Shown here one piece after another: positions 28,237 to 37,136 of a stretch of 64,000 nucleotides of DNA. The notes beneath the pieces were generated by a model. The model did not search any database. It was not told where the DNA came from and saw only the letters and a list, made by a program, of their open reading frames with translations. The position numbers were made by a program, and so were the translations under genes. Position 1 is the stretch's first letter; each line of letters starts with the position of its first letter. The stretch is from Shigella phage ESh36. The stretch lies in the sequence record ON528746, one strand, 5' to 3'.

Positions 28237-29077
28237 CTGCTATTGGATGAATAGCATTAAACTTATGAAATGCTTCTGATTTTTCTTTGCGCGAAACACA
28301 CATGCGAAGAACCTTTAATGGTTCATCTTCTTCACCCAATGATTTTCGTTTTTCAATATTAGAAGTTTTCCAACGAGCTTGCTCTGGAAACTCTCTATTG
28401 ATTTGCTCAAGCGCTCTATTATGTTTAGAATTACTACGAATTGAACTACACCCGCCGGGAGCGTGTGATTTTCCAGATACAACTAGATATTTGAACAAGG
28501 CCAAATGCGGATAACCTTGATTAATTAAATTGAGAAATGCATACATATCTTCGCATAAATCAATTTTTCCATACCCAATTTGTTCTGTCGTAAGTTTTCC
28601 GAGGTCATACCATGTATTCGTAAATCCATATGAATTTTCACGATAATTACCCCAAGATGAAGTAATTTTAAAAATTGGTAGACGAGCATGACCGTGATAA
28701 TACCCGCAATCCATAGCATCTTCAACGTATTGAATCAATTCGTAGAATTGTTCACGGGTTAATTGATTAATTTTATCTACGCGCCGTTTATCGTCTCTCT
28801 TTCGTATTGAACTCATACGAATAGTAGTATCATCATCAATCATCCAGATTCGTTGACCTGCATACATATCAGTAATTGCTTTACGAGTACCGGCAATTCC
28901 ATTAACATCATCAGGAATAGTTACAATTTTAGCTCTAGACCCATAAGCATCATAATAAGCTTTTTCTTCGTGTTCACGCACTACAATATGTGGTTCATAA
29001 TCAGTCGGAAACATATCAAGGGCAGAAACTGCCCCTACACGTTGATAGCTTGGAATTACGAATTGAATCATTTCCAC
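28229..29077 (-). CDS. GT-A type glycosyltransferase (DxD) at the beta-gt locus
   Basis: 282-aa ORF with IPSYQR and MIDDD motifs; unlike the 351-aa GT-B beta-gt recalled for T4. Confidence 0.5.
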   Translation of the reverse strand: MEMIQFVIPSYQRVGAVSALDMFPTDYEPHIVVREHEEKAYYDAYGSRAKIVTIPDDVNGIAGTRKAITDMYAGQRIWMIDDDTTIRMSSIRKRDDKRRVDKINQLTREQFYELIQYVEDAMDCGYYHGHARLPIFKITSSWGNYRENSYGFTNTWYDLGKLTTEQIGYGKIDLCEDMYAFLNLINQGYPHLALFKYLVVSGKSHAPGGCSSIRSNSKHNRALEQINREFPEQARWKTSNIEKRKSLGEEDEPLKVLRMCVSRKEKSEAFHKFNAIHPIAVD

Positions 29078-29808
29078 TCACCGTTATAATCTTTTTTCAC
29101 AATATGAGTTTCGCCAGTATTCCACCAATGATCAACCAAGTAAAAATGACGAGAATATACATGAAGACTTCCAACATTCCATATAATAGAGCCTGCTTTA
29201 TACTGACGAGTTGAATCGCCTGCATTCAAATCAGATACTAATTTATCTAATACGTATTTTTGCCATGCATAATCATTACGGAATCCGAAGACCACGTCAT
29301 TTGAGCGCATGCTTACTACTGCATTGACTTTCTTATCACGAATCAGGTACTGTACTGTATTCGTACACATGAAATCTGACATACCATCTTTATTGTAGTC
29401 AAATTGCATGGATGGACGAGTATAAATCATGATACCACGTCGAGAATCAGGATTTTGACCAAGTTCAGCTAAACACATATCATACTGAGCATAGTTATCT
29501 TCTGACCAGATAGCCCAACCATAATTCGAGTTAATTTCGCCTTTAGAAGATGCTACCTGCTGCCAAATCTTCGGTGTTTCACCTGGAATATCTTTAACGA
29601 ACAAGCTCTTAGATTTATACCATTCAAGTTCACGCTGAATGTATTCATCATTAAGAGCGCCAAAAATAAACGGTTCATCTGCTACAAATGATGCGCCAAT
29701 AATTTCAATAGTTTTAACGCCAGTTTTATCAATTACGAAATCTTTTTCCTTTAATGCAAGCCCCAAATGAAGACGGATTTCTTCAACTGTCATAGAGTCA
29801 TTAATCAT
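29068..29808 (-). CDS. 42: dCMP hydroxymethylase gp42
   Basis: 246-aa thymidylate-synthase-fold ORF; size and position as T4 gp42. Confidence 0.85.
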   Translation of the reverse strand: MINDSMTVEEIRLHLGLALKEKDFVIDKTGVKTIEIIGASFVADEPFIFGALNDEYIQRELEWYKSKSLFVKDIPGETPKIWQQVASSKGEINSNYGWAIWSEDNYAQYDMCLAELGQNPDSRRGIMIYTRPSMQFDYNKDGMSDFMCTNTVQYLIRDKKVNAVVSMRSNDVVFGFRNDYAWQKYVLDKLVSDLNAGDSTRQYKAGSIIWNVGSLHVYSRHFYLVDHWWNTGETHIVKKDYNGEWK

Positions 29809-29961
29809 TTAAACCTCAATTGATGCATTCATATTTAATTTGTAACAGTAATAAACCCCACCCTATGATAAGAGTTGGAATCATAGCAGGAACTGTTACG
29901 CTATAGTATATACTTATTATAATCATCAAGATTAAAAGCAATACTGCTAAAATTTTGCTTT

Positions 29962-30213
29962 TCATTCCTTCTCTCTGATGATAATTACTTGATTTTGCTG
30001 TGCAGATTTTTTAGTTTCACCAGCAATTGACCAAATAAAGGTAATAAACCAACCAATAATTGACCAGTTAAACAGTAAAGATGTGAAAAAGATTCCTACT
30101 GTCGATTTTGACCCGCGCATCAAGGCGATGAACCACGGAAGCATGTATATAATAATAGCCAACACGCCTGAAACTAAAACCATAAAAATTGAACCTGCTA
30201 CTAAAGTTTCCAT
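29962..30213 (-). CDS. imm: immunity protein Imm (membrane)
   Basis: 83-aa two-TM ORF between genes 43 and 42. Confidence 0.65.
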   Translation of the reverse strand: METLVAGSIFMVLVSGVLAIIIYMLPWFIALMRGSKSTVGIFFTSLLFNWSIIGWFITFIWSIAGETKKSAQQNQVIIIREKE

Positions 30214-30220
30214 GTTTTCC

Positions 30221-30601
30221 TCACTTAGTCAAATTTTTTACACATGAATTATAAGAATTCACTACATACTCCATCGGAGCATTTTTACCAGTACGCCATT
30301 GGTAATTATTAGCCCAATTAGCCCAAAGTTCAGCACAGTAGTTTTCAATTTTTTCTTCGCGTGTAATTACATCTGAATTACGATATGCTTGAGCAGATTC
30401 ATCTGGACGAATAGCTTCGTCAAAATTCGCCTGCATTTGTTCTACTGTCTGTTTTGGAGCTTCTTTATAACATTTAACATTAGGATTATAAAATTTGCTT
30501 GAACAGTTTACAATTTTTCCTACATCAGACTGATTTACTACCGGTCCTTGAGCTACACAACCAGTAAGACCTAATGCAATAACCAAAATAGCGATTTTCA
30601 T
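30221..30601 (-). CDS. putative lipoprotein
   Basis: 126-aa ORF with signal peptide and LTGC lipobox. Confidence 0.5.
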   Translation of the reverse strand: MKIAILVIALGLTGCVAQGPVVNQSDVGKIVNCSSKFYNPNVKCYKEAPKQTVEQMQANFDEAIRPDESAQAYRNSDVITREEKIENYCAELWANWANNYQWRTGKNAPMEYVVNSYNSCVKNLTK

Positions 30602-30611
30602 AATAATTTCC

Positions 30612-30848
30612 TCAAATACAAGTAGTAATTACTCCAGTAGTGCTTATGCAGGTATTACCCATTTGCACACCTAAAGATCCATTTGTATTCACATGAAGAT
30701 TATCATCAATTTTAACTGATATTTTACCATTAGTGTGAATAACGGTGCTAGATTCAATCACAGGTTGAGTATCATTTTCAACACTAACAAATGGAACTGC
30801 TGCTAATGCAACTAAACAAACTGCTAAGCATCCCATAACAATTTTCAT
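30612..30848 (-). CDS. small secreted/membrane protein
   Basis: ATG at 30848 (MKIVMGCLAVCL) with GGAG SD and early promoter; track ORF extends through promoter. Confidence 0.45.
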   Translation of the reverse strand: MKIVMGCLAVCLVALAAVPFVSVENDTQPVIESSTVIHTNGKISVKIDDNLHVNTNGSLGVQMGNTCISTTGVITTCI

Positions 30849-30885
30849 TTCATTCTCCAAATCCGTATCAGTAGTTGATAGTTGT

Positions 30886-30915
30886 ATAGTACCACAGAGG
30901 AACAGTCTTGTAAAC
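30886..30915 (-). promoter_or_regulatory. T4-type early promoter
   Basis: GTTTAC, 18 bp, TACTAT; part of a repeated cassette. Confidence 0.6.
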
Positions 30916-31003
30916 CGTTTTGTGAAAAATTTTTTAATGAATTCCAAAGGTCCAGAATCATCTATTTTTCCTAAGTATAGATTTATATTACTTGTATGAA
31001 AAA

Positions 31004-31019
31004 GGGACCCGGAGGTCCC
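31004..31019 (-). terminator. hairpin terminator after gene 43
   Basis: mRNA GGGACC-UCCG-GGUCCC followed by UUUUUC. Confidence 0.5.
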
Positions 31020-31032
31020 TAGATTTATTCTA

Positions 31033-33729
31033 TCAGCCAAACAGGAAGTCTAACGAAGCTTTTTCTTCATAGTCCATACCAGCCGATTCACACATGCCCG
31101 CAAGCGGTTTAACAAACGATTTTTGGAACAAAGTTGAGTAGTCAATCCAAGATAGTACATCAGAACGAATTTCTTTTGGAAGTTCTGTGCCCGACGGCCA
31201 AGCAATGCACTTGTCACCAAATGGATTTCCTTCACGCAATGGAAGAACCATTACTTTATTTCCATCCAAAATTGGAGCTACACCCAGACCACTAACAGCT
31301 CGACGATAAGTTAGCACACCGCGAATATGGAACGGACATTTAAATCCTGGCCAACCTTTATCATCATATTTTGCTATATCGTTCGCAGTTTTTACTTCAG
31401 CAATAACTTTATAGTCAAGTTGACGATATTCTTTCTCGAAGTTCTTGTAGTATTCTTGGACAGACTCTTCACCTTCCTGAAGAATACGACGAATACTTTC
31501 TTCGAGAGCTTCTTGTACTGCTTTTGGTGTTGAACTCTGCTGAGTTTCCATACCCATGATTTTTAGATGCGGTTCAGCAAATCGCTTATCTTCCATATCA
31601 TAAACGTTCAGAGCATAACGTTTTTTCGCTTTCCAAAATCCACCAACACCCTTTGAACCAAGCGGAGGGCAAGAAATAGCTTCACGGTCCATATGCATCA
31701 GATGCTCGCGGTTATTCATATAGTCACATAACTCACGATATGCAACATCAATCATAGGTTCCATCTTTTTCTTACCGAACTGATTCATGAATTCAACTAA
31801 ATCATTTTGTTCTTTAAAGCGATCAAGACCTACTTTTTCAATAACTTTATCTACACAAACGTATACCGAATCAGTATCACCTGCTGCGATGAAATCTTCA
31901 CCATTAGTTCCACACACTTTATTTAGATATTCATTAATTTTGCGAGCAATCCACTGAATACCGACTTGACCGAAAATTGTGATAGCAGTAGCATTTCGCA
32001 AATCATAGTAACGGAAATGAATATTACCAAGAGCACCATAAAGACTGTTAATAAGAATTTTACGGTTCAACTGATTTGTGTTAGCAAGCGTAGCTGCTTT
32101 TTCACATTCTTCGATCAGACTATTAAGAACAGATTCAGTGTAATTCGATAATTCGTTTAAGAAATCATCACTGAACTTAACATATCGTTCAACTTCTGGT
32201 TTAGTTGAACAAGACCCTGCACCTTTCATAATAATCTTTTTAATAGCTTCGGCATTCATTTCTTCCGCGAACATTTTCTTTTTCCAATCTTTACGCTGGA
32301 AAAATACTTTAGCGATTTCCTTTGGAATGATACCTTCTTGGTGCTTATCATACATCCATCCATTCGGAGAGCAAGAATATTCATCACTTGGCTTAGGAGC
32401 TGTTCCTGCGATATATTCATGAATTGGATGAACTTTAAACTGCCCACGAATAGTCTCAGGACTAATGTTAACCTGACGAATAATGCTAGGATACAGAGAC
32501 GTCAAGTCAAAACTCATAATGTATCGACGAGCAATCGGTTTAGGTTCAAACACAAATGCACCTGGAAAACTCTGTTTAACGTGCGAACCTTGTTGAGGAA
32601 TAACCTTATGTTCACCTTTCAGTGAGTTAAAAATAATAGCATCCCAAGTTTTAATAGGACTCATTACACCAGAAAAAGGCATTTTAGCGTAATAAGACAT
32701 ACTTAAAACTAGATCGATAAACCCACGAATTTTATCAATTGCTTGAACTGATTCTACGTCAATGATGTTATAACTAATGTATCGTTGATGATTAGTCTCA
32801 CGAAGTTTATTAATAGGACCATCGTACGGCAATTTACCTTTTTTGGTTTCATGTTGAGCAACTGATTCCAAAGAGAACGATGGCAAATTAGTAAATGCGA
32901 ATTTCTTGTACAAATCTAAATAATCAAGAATAGATACGCCATCAATAGAATAAATTTCTTTGCTACCGTACATATTTTGAATTAGTTTAGATTTTACTCG
33001 ACCGATTGGAGAGAAGCGTTTCATACTACGTTCACCGAGAACCATTTTAACGCGATTCATGATATACGGAACGTCAAATCCCTCAATATTCCAACCAGTA
33101 AAAATAGCAGGTCGTTTCTGTTCCCAAAGATTGATATATTCCATGAGCATATCACGCTCATTATCGAATGGCATATAAATTACTCGGTCAAGAATTTCTT
33201 GAGGAACTTCATCACCACCTTCACAGTCAAGCTTAGCAGCTAACTTTGCATCCCATTTTGATACTGAACCGTACATTGAATTCAACAAATCAAAGACGTA
33301 AAAACGATCGTCAATTGAATCATAATGAGTGATAGCATCAATTTCATATTCAGCTTTCATTGGGTCAGGAAATTTATCACCAGTAACCTCAATGTCACAG
33401 TTAGCTACACGAACAAATTTTCGGTCATAAACAATTTCTGAACCATATGTATCACTGATATAAGCGAGTTTAAAATCGTTCATACCGAGAGCTTCGAGAC
33501 CAATGTCTTCCATTCGTTTCATCCAGTCTCGTGCATCTTTCATTGATGGAAATTTTTGAGGAGCGCAGTTTTTACCATAGATGTCTTTGTACTTTGACTC
33601 TTCCTTACAGTGCCTAAACATAGTCGGAAGATATTCTACTTCACGAGTACGTTCCTTTCCGTTTTCATCAATATAACGTTCAACAATGTTATTTCCGACT
33701 GTTTCAATAGAGATATAAAATTCTTTCAT
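31033..33729 (-). CDS. 43: DNA polymerase gp43 (family B)
   Basis: 898-aa ORF with exonuclease and polymerase motifs; length equals T4 gp43. Confidence 0.92.
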   Translation of the reverse strand: MKEFYISIETVGNNIVERYIDENGKERTREVEYLPTMFRHCKEESKYKDIYGKNCAPQKFPSMKDARDWMKRMEDIGLEALGMNDFKLAYISDTYGSEIVYDRKFVRVANCDIEVTGDKFPDPMKAEYEIDAITHYDSIDDRFYVFDLLNSMYGSVSKWDAKLAAKLDCEGGDEVPQEILDRVIYMPFDNERDMLMEYINLWEQKRPAIFTGWNIEGFDVPYIMNRVKMVLGERSMKRFSPIGRVKSKLIQNMYGSKEIYSIDGVSILDYLDLYKKFAFTNLPSFSLESVAQHETKKGKLPYDGPINKLRETNHQRYISYNIIDVESVQAIDKIRGFIDLVLSMSYYAKMPFSGVMSPIKTWDAIIFNSLKGEHKVIPQQGSHVKQSFPGAFVFEPKPIARRYIMSFDLTSLYPSIIRQVNISPETIRGQFKVHPIHEYIAGTAPKPSDEYSCSPNGWMYDKHQEGIIPKEIAKVFFQRKDWKKKMFAEEMNAEAIKKIIMKGAGSCSTKPEVERYVKFSDDFLNELSNYTESVLNSLIEECEKAATLANTNQLNRKILINSLYGALGNIHFRYYDLRNATAITIFGQVGIQWIARKINEYLNKVCGTNGEDFIAAGDTDSVYVCVDKVIEKVGLDRFKEQNDLVEFMNQFGKKKMEPMIDVAYRELCDYMNNREHLMHMDREAISCPPLGSKGVGGFWKAKKRYALNVYDMEDKRFAEPHLKIMGMETQQSSTPKAVQEALEESIRRILQEGEESVQEYYKNFEKEYRQLDYKVIAEVKTANDIAKYDDKGWPGFKCPFHIRGVLTYRRAVSGLGVAPILDGNKVMVLPLREGNPFGDKCIAWPSGTELPKEIRSDVLSWIDYSTLFQKSFVKPLAGMCESAGMDYEEKASLDFLFG

Positions 33730-33747
33730 AGATATTCCTTAGTTTAT

Positions 33748-33766
33748 AGCCCGAGTTATTAGGCTC
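33748..33766 (-). promoter_or_regulatory. gene 43 autogenous translational operator hairpin
   Basis: mRNA GAGCCUAAUAACUCGGGCU (loop AAUAACUC) just upstream of SD AAGGA and the gene 43 AUG. Confidence 0.7.
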
Positions 33767-33788
33767 TTGATATATTATACTCCAAATA

Positions 33789-33804
33789 AGGGGCCGAAGC
33801 CCCT
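33789..33804 (-). terminator. UUCG-tetraloop hairpin after regA
   Basis: mRNA AGGGGC-UUCG-GCCCCU. Confidence 0.45.
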
Positions 33805-33807
33805 TGC

Positions 33808-34176
33808 TTAATTACCAATCGTATATTTTGGAACGAGTTTCCATTCATGTTTTTGTTTAAAAGAAATAACTCGGAAGTTATTAGTTAAATCTTTCATAAA
33901 AGTTCTTTGACCAGGAGCGATTTCAATCAGTCCCCAATCTTCTAACAGCCATGCAATCGAATCACGACGAACTTCATCTTCTTCTGTCATTTCAACTTGG
34001 CGACCATCCATACGAAGCATTTCTTTAAAATGAACGATATAGTATAGTCCTTTTTTCTGAAGAATATGACAGGACTGATACAGAACTTTATCTTTATTAT
34101 TAGCAATTCCCATACGAGTCAAAGTTTCTTTTACTTTCAGAAAATCTTCAGGTTTTTTAAGAGTAATTTCAATCAT
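33808..34176 (-). CDS. regA: translational repressor RegA
   Basis: 122-aa ORF between genes 62 and 43. Confidence 0.8.
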   Translation of the reverse strand: MIEITLKKPEDFLKVKETLTRMGIANNKDKVLYQSCHILQKKGLYYIVHFKEMLRMDGRQVEMTEEDEVRRDSIAWLLEDWGLIEIAPGQRTFMKDLTNNFRVISFKQKHEWKLVPKYTIGN

Positions 34177-34177
34177 T

Positions 34178-34741
34178 TTACCATTCCAATGCTAGTTTTT
34201 TGAGTTGTTTCTGTTCTTTTACGTTCTTAGTCACTTCTTTCAAAAAATCATCCGTGACTAAACCTTTTAGTTCTTTTAATACTAAAGGAAGTTTTCCATT
34301 TTTAGTAAGAATTGATTTATAGTTAATTGCATCATTTGTATTAACTTGATACCGCTTAGCAAGTAACTTAATAATCAATACTTCAGTAGAATCTTCGACC
34401 AGTTTTGCCCATTTACTATATCTTTTACCCCGAGGAACAGCAGCCATCAGATAATTAAAATGGGCTTCATCGCTTAAACCTGATCCAATTAAATTCATAG
34501 CATATACAGCTGGCATGCATTCAGGAAATTGCGATAATGCATTCTCAACCATGTATTTTGAATAATCTTTTTGAGCAATAGAGCATTTAGTTTTATTATT
34601 AATAGCTCCAATTATTTCAAAAAACTCATTTTCAGCTTTTTCCTTAAAAGAATCAGCAGCAGATTGGACAGCTGTCCAATCTTTTGAATACCAAGCAACT
34701 TGATGCTCGTTTAATTGAATATCATCTTCAAATAAGCTCAT
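34178..34741 (-). CDS. 62: clamp loader small subunit gp62
   Basis: 187-aa ORF adjacent to gene 44. Confidence 0.8.
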   Translation of the reverse strand: MSLFEDDIQLNEHQVAWYSKDWTAVQSAADSFKEKAENEFFEIIGAINNKTKCSIAQKDYSKYMVENALSQFPECMPAVYAMNLIGSGLSDEAHFNYLMAAVPRGKRYSKWAKLVEDSTEVLIIKLLAKRYQVNTNDAINYKSILTKNGKLPLVLKELKGLVTDDFLKEVTKNVKEQKQLKKLALEW

Positions 34742-34742
34742 A

Positions 34743-35702
34743 TCACTTCCACTGCATTTCGCATGCTAATTGAATGAAAAGATATGCTAAATGTAATTCC
34801 GTATTAGCCGCAATTCCATGATACTGGTTATTTTCACCAACAATTTCATACATACGAATAATACTTTGCGGAGTTACGCGTGTATAGATTTCTTCGGCAA
34901 GCTTACCAACGAACCACGAATAATCAGCTGCATATTTTGGTGCTAAAGCTCTGAGTTGTTTAACATCTTTATTTTTGAGAGACTCAAGAACATCATCAAT
35001 AGCACCACGATCGTTAGTAACCAGTGATAAAATACCAGCATCCAAAACACCTTTAGATGAATAACTATCGAGCTCACCAATAGTTTTACGAAAATCAGGA
35101 AAATTCTTTTTAACCAAAGCTGCTACAACTTTCATATCAGCTATAGCAATTCCTTCATGCTTACAGATTTCAGTCAACCGACGAATCATCTGCTTCATCA
35201 TTTCAATTTTATCTTCATCGGTCGGTTGACCGAACGTAATAACTCGGCAGCGTGACTGAAGCGGTTTAATAATACCATCAATATTGTTAGCAGTAATAAT
35301 AATACTGCAGTTTGAACTATAAGCTTCCATAAAGGAACGAAGATGCCGCTGAGACTCTGCTAATCCTGAACGGTCAAATTCATCAATAACAATTACTTTT
35401 TGACGACCATCAAATGAAGCTGCACTAGCAAAATTAGTCAAAGGACCACGAACGAAATCAATTTTACAATCTGACCCATTCACAAACATCATATCAGCAT
35501 TTACATCATGACACAATGCTTTTGCTACAGTTGTTTTACCTGTTCCTGGAGAAGGAGAATGAAGAATAATATGTGGAATTTTACCTTTACTTGTAATAGA
35601 TTTAAAGGTTTCTTTATCAAAGGCGGGAAGAATACATTCATCGATAGTAGATGGACGATATTTCTGTTCAAGAATGTGTTCTTTTTCATTTACAGTAATC
35701 AT
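34743..35702 (-). CDS. 44: clamp loader ATPase gp44
   Basis: AAA+ Walker A SPGTGKTT; start chosen at MITVNEK (319 aa). Confidence 0.85.
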   Translation of the reverse strand: MITVNEKEHILEQKYRPSTIDECILPAFDKETFKSITSKGKIPHIILHSPSPGTGKTTVAKALCHDVNADMMFVNGSDCKIDFVRGPLTNFASAASFDGRQKVIVIDEFDRSGLAESQRHLRSFMEAYSSNCSIIITANNIDGIIKPLQSRCRVITFGQPTDEDKIEMMKQMIRRLTEICKHEGIAIADMKVVAALVKKNFPDFRKTIGELDSYSSKGVLDAGILSLVTNDRGAIDDVLESLKNKDVKQLRALAPKYAADYSWFVGKLAEEIYTRVTPQSIIRMYEIVGENNQYHGIAANTELHLAYLFIQLACEMQWK

Positions 35703-35751
35703 AATTTCCTCATTCAAGTTTTAGTGTAAATTTAAGGGCCGAAGCCCTTTA

Positions 35752-36438
35752 TTAAAAATCGTGGGTAGAATCAGCTTCAAGAGCTACTACATAATTCGCG
35801 TGTTCACCTTCAAATTTAGCAGCACCTTGTTTACCTTTTGCCCAGAGCAGAAGTTTATAATTTCCTGGTTGCATTTTCATATTTGCCATATTGATAATGA
35901 AATTAAATGTATTTTCACCGTCATAATCACCAAGAGTCAAAGAATATTTAACACGGGTCAAAGCAGAATCTTCTACTTTATTAAAACCGTTAATTACGAT
36001 TTTACCTTCTTTTATTGTGATAGCAATTGTATCAATCTGCAGACCACGAGATACACGCAACAGTTGTTGAAGGTCTTCAGCTTTAATTTCAGTAACAACA
36101 GATGCTACCGGGAATGGAATTGGTTTATTAGGAGCCACTACTGTGCTCGGATCAGCTGCTGGCCAAAAAATTGTTGAACGAGCATCAGCAATTTTAATAT
36201 TTCCATCTTCTGACTGGGAAATTTCTGCATCGTCATTAACTAGGGACAGAATACCGAGAAAACCGTTCAAATCGTAAATTGCTACATCAAAATCAATAGT
36301 GTCAGAAATATTTGCTTCCGCATAAGTTGTACCATTAACTGCGCGAGTCATAATAAATTGACCAGATTTAAGCATAATACCAGAGTTAATAGTAGCGAAA
36401 TTTTTAAGCAGAGCAGTAGTATCTTTAGACAGTTTCAT
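35752..36438 (-). CDS. 45: sliding clamp gp45
   Basis: 228-aa ORF; size and position match T4 gp45. Confidence 0.85.
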   Translation of the reverse strand: MKLSKDTTALLKNFATINSGIMLKSGQFIMTRAVNGTTYAEANISDTIDFDVAIYDLNGFLGILSLVNDDAEISQSEDGNIKIADARSTIFWPAADPSTVVAPNKPIPFPVASVVTEIKAEDLQQLLRVSRGLQIDTIAITIKEGKIVINGFNKVEDSALTRVKYSLTLGDYDGENTFNFIINMANMKMQPGNYKLLLWAKGKQGAAKFEGEHANYVVALEADSTHDF

Positions 36439-36467
36439 GTAATTTCCTTCAATTCAAATGAGATTTA

Positions 36468-36492
36468 ATTTTATAACTAATTTAATAAAGCA
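36468..36492 (-). promoter_or_regulatory. candidate MotA-type middle promoter for gene 45
   Basis: ATTGCTTTA box, 12 bp, TAAAAT. Confidence 0.45.
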
Positions 36493-36493
36493 A

Positions 36494-36883
36494 TTAACGA
36501 TTAAAATCAGAAGCAATTGTTTCCGCAACAATTTGAGCAGCAACAATTAGACGTTCATCTGCATTACCGCAATAATCATCTTCAAGGCGTTCACCACATG
36601 AAGTCATAATAAATTTAGCACCAGCATTTAAAGATTCTGTCGTATGTTTGCGCATTAGTTCAATCCATTTATTACTTACTTCACGATCGATAGCTTCATA
36701 ATACGCATGACGAGCAGGTGCAGATTTAATTTTATTCTGAATAACTTCCATTGCGTTATCAGAAAGAGACAAAACCCATGCTCGACGAATTTTATTTTGG
36801 TTTTGTGGATTTGAATCAGAACGCACGTGTTTTGGCTGAATATCTTTTACATCAACAGTATAATTCACAGTAATTTTAGTCAT
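36494..36883 (-). CDS. rpbA: RNA polymerase binding protein RpbA
   Basis: 129-aa ORF between 46-side ORFs and gene 45. Confidence 0.6.
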   Translation of the reverse strand: MTKITVNYTVDVKDIQPKHVRSDSNPQNQNKIRRAWVLSLSDNAMEVIQNKIKSAPARHAYYEAIDREVSNKWIELMRKHTTESLNAGAKFIMTSCGERLEDDYCGNADERLIVAAQIVAETIASDFNR

Positions 36884-36892
36884 AATACACCT

Positions 36893-37081
36893 TTAGTCAT
36901 AATAATCAGTAACAGTCCAAGCTTCATTTCTGTTGGACATTATTTTCGTATATTCTGCTTTAAATGCATTCTTAAGCATAGATTCAGTAACTATATGCTC
37001 TTCATTAGAAAAATTATTTCTCAGAATATATCGTTTTATTTCAGGAATAGTTAATAGATGCTGTCCAGTTGAATATTCCAT
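36893..37081 (-). CDS. hypothetical protein
   Basis: 62-aa ORF. Confidence 0.4.
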   Translation of the reverse strand: MEYSTGQHLLTIPEIKRYILRNNFSNEEHIVTESMLKNAFKAEYTKIMSNRNEAWTVTDYYD

Positions 37082-37136
37082 GTTTTTCCTCCATAGAGAT
37101 TATACTCTAATAAATTAAAGCATAATCTCTTATAAA

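Noticed and set aside
35761-36177. 138-codon plus-strand ORF
   Set aside because: Lies entirely antisense within sliding clamp gene 45
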